A stretch of 64,000 bases of DNA from a phage. The notes below the pieces were generated by a model, which saw only the letters and a program-made list of their open reading frames with translations, searched no databases and was not told the origin of the DNA. Both the position numbers and the translations under genes were made by a program. The stretch lies in the NCBI GenBank assembly GCA_014435945.1, contig GCA_014435945.1_4088.1. One strand, 5' to 3'. Below are positions 32,629-42,518 of the stretch, one piece after another (positions within the stretch are counted from its first letter, which is position 1; every line of letters begins with the position of its first letter).

Positions 32629-32724
32629 GGATGTAACATGACTTTAGAGATTATCTTTGGTATTGTTAGCTTAGTCATCTGTGTGGGTTGGTTTGGGTAT
32701 CTGATGATTTTTGGTGATTAATAC

Positions 32725-32752
32725 TTGACATAAGATATCAGTACTGTATAAT
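32725..32752 (+). promoter_or_regulatory. promoter, CAGTACTG-spacer class
   Basis: TTGACA-TAAGATATCAGTACTG-TATAAT. Confidence 0.6.
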
Positions 32753-32764
32753 GTTTATATCAAA

Positions 32765-32816
32765 GGGAATGCAGTGAAAGGAAAGACAGCATAATCGTAC
32801 TCGTCACTGCGTTCCC
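32765..32816 (+). promoter_or_regulatory. 5' leader stem-loop
   Basis: About 12-bp stem GGAATGCAGTGA/TCACTGCGTTCC enclosing a 26-nt loop, just downstream of promoter. Confidence 0.45.
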
Positions 32817-32845
32817 GCCCTTTTAAATTAAATGAGGAATTAACT

Positions 32846-33154
32846 ATGTTTCAAACTAACACTCAAGGTTTTGTAATCATCGATTTGAACCAAAACAGCG
32901 GTTATTGGATGAAACCTACTGACGCATGTATGCAGTTTGATTTTTTAGGTTACAGGATTAGTGTAAGTACTGGTGCTTCTGTACTGAGAGGTGGTTGTAT
33001 CGTTGAACATCTGGTAACTGATCCAGAAGGTCGTGAGTATGAAATCGCAGGTTCAGTACAAGATGCCATTATGTTTGTATGTCAGCGTGAAATGAATGGT
33101 TCGAATTCAAATGCACTGACTCATGCTCTTTCTCAAGAAGTGGAGGTTCGTTAA
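32846..33154 (+). CDS. hypothetical protein
   Basis: 102 aa. Confidence 0.5.
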   Translation: MFQTNTQGFVIIDLNQNSGYWMKPTDACMQFDFLGYRISVSTGASVLRGGCIVEHLVTDPEGREYEIAGSVQDAIMFVCQREMNGSNSNALTHALSQEVEVR

Positions 33155-33399
33155 TGAAATATATCGTAGCAGTACTCGTAGCATTTTTACTCACTGCATG
33201 TGATGCTTCAACCAAAGAACGCACAAGTGATTTTATTCTCCCGACTGAATTAAAAGAAGCCGGATGTAAGATTTATCGTATGCAAAAGGACGGTGCTGAC
33301 GTAACCTTGTATACAGTTTATTGTCCTAATGCAAATACAAGTACTGGATACACTAGCGGTAAAACACGAATCAACACTTCCGTAATTCATGGAGAATAA
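33154..33399 (+). CDS. putative lipoprotein
   Basis: Signal peptide with lipobox LLTAC. Confidence 0.55.
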   Translation: MKYIVAVLVAFLLTACDASTKERTSDFILPTELKEAGCKIYRMQKDGADVTLYTVYCPNANTSTGYTSGKTRINTSVIHGE

Positions 33400-33401
33400 C
33401 A

Positions 33402-33770
33402 ATGAGCCTTGATACAACACGTGTAGCAGGTGATTTAACTCGTCTGAATAATGAAGAATTTCTTGCTGAAATAAAGTACAAGCTTGAAAAACTGGCACGA
33501 AGTGCTGAAGTAATTGAAGTTGAAGGTCACTTACCAATGGACCAATTCCATACGTTCAACGAAGATATGGTTTATTATCCAAATGAAATTTGGATTGAGT
33601 GGGAGTCATGGACTAACAATGTTCTCCGAATCGAAGGGTATTGTGTGAATTATGAATCTGAACCTGGTGATGTTACAAAAACTCTCTCAATTTGGTGTAC
33701 AAAAACACATGAACTAGTTGAGGTGAATTTGAATTATATGAAGGGCTTCCGTTGGGGTGATGTTCAATGA
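33402..33770 (+). CDS. hypothetical protein
   Basis: 122 aa. Confidence 0.5.
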   Translation: MSLDTTRVAGDLTRLNNEEFLAEIKYKLEKLARSAEVIEVEGHLPMDQFHTFNEDMVYYPNEIWIEWESWTNNVLRIEGYCVNYESEPGDVTKTLSIWCTKTHELVEVNLNYMKGFRWGDVQ

Positions 33771-34042
33771 TTAAAAAACTATTGACTGTGGTCTTTGTAT
33801 TCTGTACAATGTTTCTTACAGCATGTAATGATGACGGCAGGTTTAGTGCAAAAGACTTAGTTCGTCAGGATTGTACATTCACAGGTAAGTCTTTTATTAA
33901 CGAGTATGAAATATGTACACAATCAGGTCGTATCTGTGGTGGTTGGGAAAAACGTCAGGAGCGATTGTATGTATATGAATGCCCTGGACATCTCAACAAA
34001 GTACTAAGCACACACAAACTTGTTTATGATAAGGTTGAATAA
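33767..34042 (+). CDS. putative lipoprotein
   Basis: Signal peptide with lipobox FLTAC. Confidence 0.55.
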   Translation: MIKKLLTVVFVFCTMFLTACNDDGRFSAKDLVRQDCTFTGKSFINEYEICTQSGRICGGWEKRQERLYVYECPGHLNKVLSTHKLVYDKVE

Positions 34043-34257
34043 TGACTACCAATGAAATGATGCAGGTTATTTGGGATAAAGGTTGTGATATTAAAATCAC
34101 TAGTACTGATGTTCGTGTATTCAAAACTGAATACATGGAGTACTTGGACCTTGATACTTATAATAATATTGTATCAATTGAACACAAAGGTGCAGTACTG
34201 GAAACAATTGACGTAGTACTGAAGAAAGCTACCGACCTATTAGGAGTGGCAGTGTGA
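34042..34257 (+). CDS. hypothetical protein
   Basis: 71 aa. Confidence 0.45.
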   Translation: MTTNEMMQVIWDKGCDIKITSTDVRVFKTEYMEYLDLDTYNNIVSIEHKGAVLETIDVVLKKATDLLGVAV

Positions 34258-34400
34258 ATAACAAAGAGTGGGAAGATTACCGCAAGAAGTGCAGGGAGTT
34301 TGATAAAGAACTTACTGGTGCAGTGAATGCGGTAATGTGGGTATCTTCAATTATTGCAGTACTTGGTTTGGGTTCTATTATTATTAATAAATTTTTATAG
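34254..34400 (+). CDS. small membrane protein (48 aa)
   Basis: GTG start after AGGAG; C-terminal TM helix; below track cutoff. Confidence 0.3.
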   Translation: MNNKEWEDYRKKCREFDKELTGAVNAVMWVSSIIAVLGLGSIIINKFL

Positions 34401-34408
34401 GAATTCCC

Positions 34409-34609
34409 ATGCTTACTTTATATCTCGCAGTAGTTCTCACCAATGGTGAGATCACTCGTACTATTGGTGAAGGTGTATATAAAACACCTGACCAGTGCTA
34501 CTCTGCTACTCATTGGCCTCGCGATAGTGGGGATGAAACTCGCACTGAATTCAAATGCATGAAAGTAAAAGGTGATTTTGTTAACCTTAAGGTTATCGAG
34601 GCGAAATAA
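34409..34609 (+). CDS. small secreted protein
   Basis: 66 aa; hydrophobic N-terminus. Confidence 0.45.
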   Translation: MLTLYLAVVLTNGEITRTIGEGVYKTPDQCYSATHWPRDSGDETRTEFKCMKVKGDFVNLKVIEAK

Positions 34610-35124
34610 TGGATATTAATGAGTTGTTGATCTTATTGTTTAATCGTGGAAATGATGTAAGACGTTCTGAATATCAAGACAAAATTCACATTGAAACTGA
34701 TAAATGTTATGGTAAAACAACTCATGAGATTTTGAAGCCAAATGGCAAACGATATGCCGATGTATGTTTTCATGAACGAAGTGATGGTAGTGAAATAATC
34801 AGTACTGAAATTGTGTTTTATGATAGATCCTCGGCAGGTTCGTATGAAATAGAACTTATATATTGTCCTGGTTCAGAAACACACAATAAACGTCAGATAT
34901 TATATGATGTTTATTCACCACCAGGTGTAGCTGAATATTTTGTTATTGATTACAGTACTGAAGAAAGTGTGTTTCAACAGAGCTTGATTCATAACTTCCA
35001 GTTGAATGACCCAAATGTACCAAAGTTGTTCAAACTACTCGATACTATCGATGTTGATTTTGAATTTGTTATGTGCATTAGAACTTCCTTGATCGATGAA
35101 TTTATGGAACTACTTAATATATGA
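34609..35124 (+). CDS. hypothetical protein, FQxS-module family
   Basis: EESVFQQSLIHNFQLND. Confidence 0.55.
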   Translation: MDINELLILLFNRGNDVRRSEYQDKIHIETDKCYGKTTHEILKPNGKRYADVCFHERSDGSEIISTEIVFYDRSSAGSYEIELIYCPGSETHNKRQILYDVYSPPGVAEYFVIDYSTEESVFQQSLIHNFQLNDPNVPKLFKLLDTIDVDFEFVMCIRTSLIDEFMELLNI

Positions 35125-35342
35125 ATCGTTACTACATTGTTTATGAGCATGTGTCTGAGTTTAATAATGTACGTGGCTATAAGAAAGAAGTACAGAAGAT
35201 TGATGTATTTGTTCGTGCATTAAGTCCAACACATGCACTATTTAAATTGTTTGATGAAGTAACTAAGTACAACACACCAAAAACACAACGCTATGTTGAA
35301 ACAGTACATAGTGTAATACTCACAGAATATGATGGAGAATGA
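35121..35342 (+). CDS. hypothetical protein
   Basis: 73 aa. Confidence 0.45.
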   Translation: MNRYYIVYEHVSEFNNVRGYKKEVQKIDVFVRALSPTHALFKLFDEVTKYNTPKTQRYVETVHSVILTEYDGE

Positions 35343-35345
35343 CAA

Positions 35346-35564
35346 ATGAATTTATATCTAGTTGAAGGGTCAGTACAAGTATCCAAGCAAGACGGAGACG
35401 GGTATCGTTTTTCACATGTGGAAAATTTTAAGTACGTAGTAAAGGCCGATGGTCAGTACGACGCAGAAATTCAGGTTGAAGAATCATTCCGTAAGAAGAA
35501 TGATATTGGTAAATTCGAATACCAGAACTTACAATTCACTGTATGGCCTAGCATTAATGACTAA
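35346..35564 (+). CDS. hypothetical protein
   Basis: 72 aa. Confidence 0.45.
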   Translation: MNLYLVEGSVQVSKQDGDGYRFSHVENFKYVVKADGQYDAEIQVEESFRKKNDIGKFEYQNLQFTVWPSIND

Positions 35565-35565
35565 A

Positions 35566-35769
35566 ATGTGGTGGTGTCATGGTGTCTACAATGTCTATGA
35601 ATATGGTAGATTCAAAATGAGCAGCACCTATGCCAGACGTGTTAATGCGAAAAACCAAGTTGATGCTGCTTGTGAGATTGTAGAGTGGTATGCAGAGTTC
35701 AATGCAATTGATTTTATGTACGAAATAGTTACAATAAATGTTGTACAAATTGACACGTCTTTGATATAA
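35566..35769 (+). CDS. hypothetical protein
   Basis: ATG right after upstream stop (internal start of track ORF 35449). Confidence 0.4.
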   Translation: MWWCHGVYNVYEYGRFKMSSTYARRVNAKNQVDAACEIVEWYAEFNAIDFMYEIVTINVVQIDTSLI

Positions 35770-35803
35770 TAACTGTATCAAAACAACCGCAACTGAGGAT
35801 ACT

Positions 35804-36466
35804 ATGTTAGTTAATCTTAATTTCATCACTTCTCCTGATTGGGCATTGCGTGGTGTTTCTTTGAACTTTAAAGAAACTAATTTCGACTACATTGGTGATT
35901 GTACTTTAGTTAATGCTACATTTGATCCTCATCATCCTTTTTGGGCTGAGATTCATGATCCTAATGTAAACAATAGTACATCTGTTATGACTATTGTACA
36001 GACGAAACATACAGGTATCCTCTCAGGTTACAGACCTGAACATGCCATCGAGCACTTCACTGATTATGATGTAGTAGATGCATATCCAATGATCCATGAA
36101 GATGGAAGTTTATACACGTCAGAAGACTTCCGTGCTATCTTTAATAGTACTGATAACATTCTACCAAGTGGTCGTCCACGCCCTGAGTCTTATCTTATGC
36201 ACCCGTCTTATGGTGTAGCAGATACGCTTGAACAGATTTTGACGAAGTACAAGAACCTTATTGAAGGTCCAGAAGAAATTGTCTTGTGCTATCATCCAGT
36301 ACTGAAGTCTGACCAACCAGAGAGTGGTGGGTGGCGTTGGCATAAGAATGGTGAGTACATCGGTACTAAGCGTAGTAAAGAACGCTTTGAGTACTTGTAT
36401 GATGAGCCAGATGTTGAGGTTGTTTTATGTTATAATTTTCTTAAGGTGAAAAAGAAATGTATCTAG
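35804..36466 (+). CDS. hypothetical protein
   Basis: 220 aa. Confidence 0.55.
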   Translation: MLVNLNFITSPDWALRGVSLNFKETNFDYIGDCTLVNATFDPHHPFWAEIHDPNVNNSTSVMTIVQTKHTGILSGYRPEHAIEHFTDYDVVDAYPMIHEDGSLYTSEDFRAIFNSTDNILPSGRPRPESYLMHPSYGVADTLEQILTKYKNLIEGPEEIVLCYHPVLKSDQPESGGWRWHKNGEYIGTKRSKERFEYLYDEPDVEVVLCYNFLKVKKKCI

Positions 36467-36699
36467 TATTGAGTTTTGTAGTCGCATTATTGTTTATGTT
36501 CTACCCTACACTAGTAGCAGTAGCCACTAAACGAAAGCTGGTGGATATCACTACGGTATTCTTGCTAAACGTGGCACTCGTTCTAGTGTCTATTATCATT
36601 CCCGTGAACTTTACGGTTATTGACATGGCATCTGTATTACTATTCGTCTTCAGTTATCTTATGCTTATTGAAGAAAAACCTGTTGACAAACGTTTGTAG
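36457..36699 (+). CDS. small membrane protein
   Basis: 80 aa; two TM helices. Confidence 0.5.
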   Translation: MYLVLSFVVALLFMFYPTLVAVATKRKLVDITTVFLLNVALVLVSIIIPVNFTVIDMASVLLFVFSYLMLIEEKPVDKRL

Positions 36700-36710
36700 T
36701 ACTGTATAAT
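36683..36710 (+). promoter_or_regulatory. promoter, GTACTG-TATAAT class
   Basis: TTGACA-AACGTTTGTAGTACTG-TATAAT, overlapping end of upstream gene. Confidence 0.5.
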
Positions 36711-36757
36711 GGTTCTTGTAGTCTGAAACTTAACACTTAAACTTGAGGATATAAAAC

Positions 36758-37084
36758 ATGTTATCAGTTCTAATTTCAATTCCTGCTCTAATTCTGTTAT
36801 GGGTTATGGTTTTCGAATTCTTCATTAAAGACGAAACCGAGCGTGATGAGTTTCGTGAGTTGTTTATGTTAGACTCACCCATTGCACGAATCTTCTTCGT
36901 TGTAGTACTTATTTCAGTACTGTCATGGTTAGTAAGTTTTGTATTACCAATTGGACCATTTGTTTCAATTATGAATTTAGTTGAGAACATTGTTGGTATT
37001 GTATGGTTTACTAATGCATTGTTTGCTGGTAAAGTTTCCATTTGGTTTGATATCTTGAAAGATAAACTAACTAGTAAGAAGTAA
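36758..37084 (+). CDS. small membrane protein
   Basis: 108 aa; hydrophobic helices. Confidence 0.5.
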   Translation: MLSVLISIPALILLWVMVFEFFIKDETERDEFRELFMLDSPIARIFFVVVLISVLSWLVSFVLPIGPFVSIMNLVENIVGIVWFTNALFAGKVSIWFDILKDKLTSKK

Positions 37085-37162
37085 CGTTCAAAAAGTCTCT
37101 AATAGTATTAAATACTTCTGTACAAATAATATGTGCAGAAGTATTGCTCGTTAGAGGTTATA

Positions 37163-37528
37163 ATGAAAAAATATATAAGAATGATAATGGTGTTTGTAGT
37201 ATTCATGCTTTATTCAAGGTTCAGTACAGCCGTACCTGCTTACCTTGATTGTATGGGAAACGATGGAACATGGCATGTACTTTCTAATGACCCACAAAAT
37301 GGAAACAATATTGTCGTAGATGATGAGGTTTACCGTTTCAGGGCCGAGAGTTTGATTGGGAATAAAAAGGTATCGACATATAAATCAGATGCTGGTATAA
37401 TAGCAAATGTAATATTGATAGTGGACCCCAAGACAAAGGATGGGGATATTTACATAGTCATTTATCAAGATTCGTCGAATAAACGCGATCAGGACATTGA
37501 TAAATTGAATATTCATTGTGAACTGTAA
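37163..37528 (+). CDS. secreted small protein with Cys pair
   Basis: ATG 37163 after GAGG RBS; signal peptide; Cys near both ends of mature protein. Confidence 0.5.
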   Translation: MKKYIRMIMVFVVFMLYSRFSTAVPAYLDCMGNDGTWHVLSNDPQNGNNIVVDDEVYRFRAESLIGNKKVSTYKSDAGIIANVILIVDPKTKDGDIYIVIYQDSSNKRDQDIDKLNIHCEL

Positions 37529-37538
37529 GGTATAACAA

Positions 37539-37922
37539 ATGATAAACGATGTAATGCTTTATGTATTAATTACTCCGATTCTTATTAACTCAGTAATAAC
37601 TATTTCAATGGCATTATTTGGTATAGTAGCAATTGTTTATGCTGTTAGTACTGGAAAGTATACTTTAATTAGTAAGGTTGATTCATGGTTCGCATCTGAT
37701 AGTGTACCATATTCAGCTAGTATGATTACGATTGGTATTCTAATCGTTGCATTTACACTGCACTGTATTGGTTTTATTAATACAAGTATTTTTTCAGTTT
37801 TTATTGGTCTATCATTATATCCATCACTTTGGTACTTGATTTATGTAACCGATGTTTGGTATAATAACTACAAGCAGTACAAAGTGAAGAAATCCATTTT
37901 ATCCAAAGGAAACAAATCATGA
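37539..37922 (+). CDS. integral membrane protein
   Basis: 127 aa; 3-4 hydrophobic helices. Confidence 0.5.
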   Translation: MINDVMLYVLITPILINSVITISMALFGIVAIVYAVSTGKYTLISKVDSWFASDSVPYSASMITIGILIVAFTLHCIGFINTSIFSVFIGLSLYPSLWYLIYVTDVWYNNYKQYKVKKSILSKGNKS

Positions 37923-38269
37923 AAGTAATTTTGTTTTTTGTTTGTATGATTATATGTGGTATGTCTTATGCAGAACCATTACCTGGACTAGTCTGTACTG
38001 AAGGTGATATTAAACACATTTACCAAGGTGATAGCGATGACCATACTATCGTTTATATCGACGGTGAAGTGTATAATTTTGTTAAAGAACATACCGTAGG
38101 TGACATTAGTTTTACGCAGTACTCGAACGATACTGATCCCAATATGCTTGCATTTCTTCAAGTTGATGTATATGAAGATAGTAATGGCGAACAGTATGTT
38201 AAACTTGTGATGATGCGTAAGGCAGCAAAACAGGCAACATTCGGTGGCTTGTGTAAATATGAGGACTAA
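37919..38269 (+). CDS. secreted small protein with Cys pair
   Basis: Signal peptide ...SYAEP; VCTEG...GGLCKYED. Confidence 0.5.
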   Translation: MKVILFFVCMIICGMSYAEPLPGLVCTEGDIKHIYQGDSDDHTIVYIDGEVYNFVKEHTVGDISFTQYSNDTDPNMLAFLQVDVYEDSNGEQYVKLVMMRKAAKQATFGGLCKYED

Positions 38270-38273
38270 ACAT

Positions 38274-38465
38274 ATGTTGATTTATCAATGTGATAACATT
38301 CGTGTTATGCAGCATCCCTACTTACAAATCTTTGATGTGCAGCAGTATATGGAAGGTGATGACCCAAGAACCTATGGTCGTAAGTATGATTACTTCACTG
38401 TAAAGCAGTGTCGTAACATCAAAGAAGTACGACAATTAGTTCAAGAACTTCAAAATAAAGGTTGA
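38274..38465 (+). CDS. hypothetical protein
   Basis: ATG after GAGGA RBS; stop codon inside downstream TTGACT. Confidence 0.45.
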   Translation: MLIYQCDNIRVMQHPYLQIFDVQQYMEGDDPRTYGRKYDYFTVKQCRNIKEVRQLVQELQNKG

Positions 38466-38491
38466 CTTCGGTCAGCCTTTTTTGTTATAAT
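38457..38491 (+). promoter_or_regulatory. terminator-promoter cassette
   Basis: AAAGGTTGAC-TTCG-GTCAGCCTTT hairpin with T-run; TTGACT ... TATAAT. Confidence 0.65.
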
Positions 38492-38520
38492 TATTTCATC
38501 AAATACTGGGGATTTTAATT

Positions 38521-38961
38521 ATGTACGTATATCGTTTTGAACTTAAATTCAGTTATATTGAACCTAACTTAGATCCAGCAAAAACAGTAGGTCCGTTCGC
38601 ACGGTACTCTTCACGATACAGTACTAAAAATGGATTTGACCGTTTGTGCATGACCACGCCTTCGCAATTCCAACCAGAACCAACTGAAGATGGAATCTAT
38701 TCAATCAAACGTGGCTGGGCATTTGGCTGTCAGAGTTTGAATGATTTGTTTAAGTTCTTTACTATGGACTTGGGTAAATTACATCGTGCAGGGTTTGCTG
38801 TATCAGTATATGAAGTTCCTGATAATCATGTTGACATTGGTCGTAGTCAGGTTCAGTACTATTGTGGTAGTGCCAATCTGGTTCGTATCATGTCAGTGAG
38901 AGAAGCAAAGGATGAGTACCGCCAAAGTAAAAGAGTAATACATGAGGCTGTATATGGATAA
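38521..38961 (+). CDS. hypothetical protein
   Basis: 146 aa. Confidence 0.55.
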   Translation: MYVYRFELKFSYIEPNLDPAKTVGPFARYSSRYSTKNGFDRLCMTTPSQFQPEPTEDGIYSIKRGWAFGCQSLNDLFKFFTMDLGKLHRAGFAVSVYEVPDNHVDIGRSQVQYYCGSANLVRIMSVREAKDEYRQSKRVIHEAVYG

Positions 38962-39298
38962 GACTCAAATAGAATTAAAAAAATTTGTATCGTTTTATCT
39001 ACCCAATGACCCACGTTGTACACAATATGATGTTGCATATTACAATGCATTGACTACACAGTTAATGAAGAAATTCAAACAGTGTTTGACTGTATTCAAT
39101 GATGATGGTAGACGTAGATATAGAATCATTCCAATGAATGATGAAAACGATAACTACTTTGACTTTGATGTTGTTTTTCGAGCATACAATGATGATAGAA
39201 TAAAATTAAATTATGAGCAAATAATGCTTGACCTGAGTGTTATCTGTGTTATAATTACTCACATAGCCGAACTTGATGGTTTAAAAGAATGGTATTAA
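38954..39298 (+). CDS. hypothetical protein
   Basis: ATG 38954 after GAGG (track start 38942). Confidence 0.5.
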   Translation: MDKTQIELKKFVSFYLPNDPRCTQYDVAYYNALTTQLMKKFKQCLTVFNDDGRRRYRIIPMNDENDNYFDFDVVFRAYNDDRIKLNYEQIMLDLSVICVIITHIAELDGLKEWY

Positions 39299-39312
39299 CT
39301 TAGAGGATAATC

Positions 39313-39579
39313 ATGAAGCTTAAATTACAATACAATGGTTTTACTTTGCGTAACGACACTGAGTTTGTCAATCGTTCACCAGGTGCTGAGTTGTTTTTGC
39401 GAGAGATGAACATTCCTTTTGTCATCACTACTGTTGGTGACCGTGAAGTGCTACAATACGCAGAGCATCCTGAGATTGATGTTCCGTGGTATTCTGAGCA
39501 TATGTACATGGATATGGCCCGTCGCTACGACTGTAAGTTCGTAGTTGAAGGTGATAAAATTACAGTCCAATTCAAATAA
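39313..39579 (+). CDS. hypothetical protein
   Basis: 88 aa; GGAG RBS. Confidence 0.5.
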   Translation: MKLKLQYNGFTLRNDTEFVNRSPGAELFLREMNIPFVITTVGDREVLQYAEHPEIDVPWYSEHMYMDMARRYDCKFVVEGDKITVQFK

Positions 39580-39590
39580 GGTAACTTAAA

Positions 39591-39884
39591 ATGATCAGTA
39601 CTTCAGTAAATGCAAGCATCGTGGCAGACGTAGAAATGGTTAAAGAATGTACAGACGAAACCCTTCGCAACATGTACATCAATGATTTGATTTCAGAGTA
39701 CGGAAGTCGTGGTGTTCATGAGTTTGTTCGCCTAAGCGGTGAATTGATGAAGAATCGCATTCGTATGAAGCTTAATGTGCATCCAAAAGCATGGGCGTTT
39801 ACAATGAAGTACGCTGAAGATATTGTTGAGTTGCGTCGCAATGATGTGTATAATCGTTTACACAATGGTACATTAAAGGACTAA
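39591..39884 (+). CDS. hypothetical protein
   Basis: 97 aa. Confidence 0.5.
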   Translation: MISTSVNASIVADVEMVKECTDETLRNMYINDLISEYGSRGVHEFVRLSGELMKNRIRMKLNVHPKAWAFTMKYAEDIVELRRNDVYNRLHNGTLKD

Positions 39885-39889
39885 ATTAT

Positions 39890-39921
39890 AGGAATCCGTA
39901 AAAGGATTCCTGTTCTTGTTT
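39890..39921 (+). terminator. intrinsic terminator
   Basis: AGGAATCC...GGATTCCT hairpin followed by T-rich tract. Confidence 0.6.
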
Positions 39922-39934
39922 ATAAGGTAATAAA

Positions 39935-40159
39935 ATGAAATATCTAGTACTAGTACTGCTATTCTTGAGTACTGTTGTATGTGCTAAACCAAAGTATCAT
40001 GTAGTGTGTATCAACGAGATGGAAGGATATACTGAAACATATAAGAACCATATTGTTGAAGTTGCAGCCCAAGGTTCCTATGGGACCATCATCTTCCTTA
40101 AGAACAATGTGATTGTTCAGTACAAAAAAGATTCAAATTGTAAAGTGACTAAAAATTGA
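39935..40159 (+). CDS. secreted small protein with Cys pair
   Basis: Signal peptide; VVCINE...NCKVTKN. Confidence 0.5.
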   Translation: MKYLVLVLLFLSTVVCAKPKYHVVCINEMEGYTETYKNHIVEVAAQGSYGTIIFLKNNVIVQYKKDSNCKVTKN

Positions 40160-40174
40160 TCTAGATCAATTTTT
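40151..40174. promoter_or_regulatory. perfect 24-bp palindrome (terminator or operator candidate)
   Basis: AAAAATTGATCTAGATCAATTTTT, contains two GATC sites. Confidence 0.4.
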
Positions 40175-40229
40175 CAGATATTCTCTGTAAATAATAGCAG
40201 TACAGAACATTATTTTACGGAGGTGTAAT

Positions 40230-40466
40230 ATGGAAACTATAATCATCATATGTGCGTTGTTTGCATTTTTGGTAATGTGGTCACCAACATTCATTGCATA
40301 TAAAATGAAAAATAAAAATGCAGAAGCAATTATGTACGTAAACTTATGTTGCATACTAACTTATGGAATACTTTTATTCTTTACTGAATTTACATTAATC
40401 CCAGTAGTAGTTTGTTCATCAATGTTTATTTGGTTGTTTCTGCTTTATGAATCTATTAAAAAATAA
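40230..40466 (+). CDS. small membrane protein
   Basis: 78 aa; hydrophobic. Confidence 0.5.
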   Translation: METIIIICALFAFLVMWSPTFIAYKMKNKNAEAIMYVNLCCILTYGILLFFTEFTLIPVVVCSSMFIWLFLLYESIKK

Positions 40467-40520
40467 AAGATATAGGGTTGGTAATATGCCATCCCTTTTA
40501 CTTTATGTGGGGTTTAATTA

Positions 40521-41093
40521 ATGAATAGAAAAGGTAAGTTCAAAGTATCAAAGAAGAACAAAAGTTCTAGATTTAGACCTATAACTTTAACTTTTAAGGC
40601 TAAAGAAGAATTAACTGCACTTAGTAAAAAGATAATTTCATCTAAGATTAAAGTATCATACGTAAATTCGTTAAAATTTCAGAAGGTTAAACCACAAGAC
40701 AAACTCATTTCACTTATATTTGAACGTAATGATTTTGAGATATTAGTAGATGATTATAGAGCCTATAATGCTGGATTCATCCATGTCACTTGTAATACCG
40801 AACTAACTGAGTTGGAACATTTGACATGTATCATAAGTGTAGATAACGGTGTGGTGAAGTACAAATTTTTACATTTTACCAATATCAATAATGGAATGGG
40901 TGTACAATCCAGAACTATAGTACCTACATGTGATGTGACTAATTTAGCAAAGCTCAATGAAGAAGAATATTTTCAAGAAAGCATTGTAACTGAGCATTTA
41001 GATGCTATAATAGCAACTTACAAAGAATGCATATGGGTTTTGAATGCGATAAAGCCCAAATTGTGTTTAATGAATGTCGTTCGTGATTTATAA
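40521..41093 (+). CDS. hypothetical protein, FQxS-module family
   Basis: EEEYFQESIVTEHLD. Confidence 0.55.
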   Translation: MNRKGKFKVSKKNKSSRFRPITLTFKAKEELTALSKKIISSKIKVSYVNSLKFQKVKPQDKLISLIFERNDFEILVDDYRAYNAGFIHVTCNTELTELEHLTCIISVDNGVVKYKFLHFTNINNGMGVQSRTIVPTCDVTNLAKLNEEEYFQESIVTEHLDAIIATYKECIWVLNAIKPKLCLMNVVRDL

Positions 41094-41106
41094 CTGGAGA
41101 TGTAGT

Positions 41107-41550
41107 ATGGGTTGGATTAACGTTAATAGCATTGAGCTAAATGAGCAAGACATATTTGCCTTTGTTAATTTGGTAGAGAACATTGCTATTAAAGGTCGTC
41201 TGTTTAGTTCATCGGACGGTAAAAAATGGATCTCTCTTATGAACGACAATGGCGAGATTTATGACGTTATGCAACTACCTCATTGGGCTTATAAGAATAC
41301 ATCTGATGATGTGATGGCTGCTGTTATGCGTGAGTTTGAGAAGCTGCCAGGTGGTGATATTAAGAACATCGTATTCAATGCAGAACGCATGAACTACACA
41401 CCAGAGCAGCTTCAACAGTTGGCAATTGCTGCCTATCAAGCTGCCATTAAGAAACCTGAATGTGTGATATTAAAGTACACACCGGACTTGAAGTTAACAC
41501 TAGAAGATATGGATTCCTTTATCTTCAGTTCAGAACTTAAACAGTACTGA
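41107..41550 (+). CDS. hypothetical protein
   Basis: ATG 41107 after GGAG (track start 41074 overlaps upstream gene). Confidence 0.5.
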   Translation: MGWINVNSIELNEQDIFAFVNLVENIAIKGRLFSSSDGKKWISLMNDNGEIYDVMQLPHWAYKNTSDDVMAAVMREFEKLPGGDIKNIVFNAERMNYTPEQLQQLAIAAYQAAIKKPECVILKYTPDLKLTLEDMDSFIFSSELKQY

Positions 41551-41661
41551 TTTGACTTTGGGACAACCATTTCTTACGTGATATAATCTTAAGTGTCTGT
41601 AGAAATAAACAGCACATGAAGTATAAATATTAAAGTAATTTATCTCTTTAAGGAGTATGAA

Positions 41662-42045
41662 ATGGTTGATAAATGGAATAAGAAAGATCCATCGCATGAT
41701 GTGGATATTTCTGGAATTGATAATGCACATAAGCATAAGTATCTTGATTCACTAGGTCTACTAAAGCCTGACCAAAGTCTTGCACATGATCGTCCTTCAC
41801 GTGAAAAAGCTTTCAGTCTAGAATCACTAGGCCATGAATTGAATCGTGTATTTGAAGATCATCCAATTTATGTACGTGATATCATTGAGAAACTTAAAGT
41901 GACTCCTAAAGAGCACTTCAAGGCAACAGTACACGCAGCATTCCGTGCACTACATGAAGCACTAAAGAAAACTCATAACCTTCGCAAGATTCATGATGAC
42001 ATCGTGAACTCTATTGAAGGCGAAAAACATAAGTTTAAAAAATAA
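41662..42045 (+). CDS. hypothetical basic protein; shares SLGLL motif with 42893 gene
   Basis: KYLDSLGLLKPDQ motif; AAGGAG RBS. Confidence 0.55.
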   Translation: MVDKWNKKDPSHDVDISGIDNAHKHKYLDSLGLLKPDQSLAHDRPSREKAFSLESLGHELNRVFEDHPIYVRDIIEKLKVTPKEHFKATVHAAFRALHEALKKTHNLRKIHDDIVNSIEGEKHKFKK

Positions 42046-42051
42046 TTAAAA

Positions 42052-42085
42052 GGGGTTGACTTCAGTCAGCCCTTTGTCGTATAAT
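42052..42085 (+). promoter_or_regulatory. terminator-promoter cassette
   Basis: GGGGTTGAC-TTCA-GTCAGCCC, T-run, TATAAT. Confidence 0.65.
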
Positions 42086-42132
42086 ATTTTCATCAAGTGA
42101 TACAAAATACAAACAACGTGAGGTATTAAATT

Positions 42133-42246
42133 ATGCAAGGTACTAAATTCATCATCGCTGCCCTAATCGCTGCTGTTGTAGTGGGTACAGTATGTTATTC
42201 AATTGACACCTATATCAATACACCTAGTGTTGAACAAACCAAATAA
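42133..42246 (+). CDS. small membrane peptide (37 aa)
   Basis: Below track cutoff; GAGG RBS; one TM helix. Confidence 0.3.
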   Translation: MQGTKFIIAALIAAVVVGTVCYSIDTYINTPSVEQTK

Positions 42247-42254
42247 GGGATATC

Positions 42255-42518
42255 ATGGCTGAAACATTATCACTATATGCGTTAGTACTGTTATTTGTCG
42301 GATTTCTTCCTGCACTCATTACAGCCATTCGTGTTGTTAAACATGAAGCTGCATTGATTGTATGTAGTATTGGGTCGAACATTCTATTGTATTTCTTTTT
42401 GACAAATACTATTGTACTGTTTGCTTTCTTTATCATGATTCTGTGGGTACTTGTAATTCTCGGATTCTTCATTTGGTCATTGGTTGATCCTAAGAAAAAA
42501 ACAGGAGAAGTGAAATGA
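42255..42518 (+). CDS. small membrane protein
   Basis: 87 aa; hydrophobic helices. Confidence 0.5.
   Translation: MAETLSLYALVLLFVGFLPALITAIRVVKHEAALIVCSIGSNILLYFFLTNTIVLFAFFIMILWVLVILGFFIWSLVDPKKKTGEVK

Noticed and set aside
41562-41597. Promoter TTGACT ... GATATAAT upstream of gene 41662
   Set aside because: Spacer between the boxes is about 24 bp, too long for a standard sigma70-type promoter; not called.
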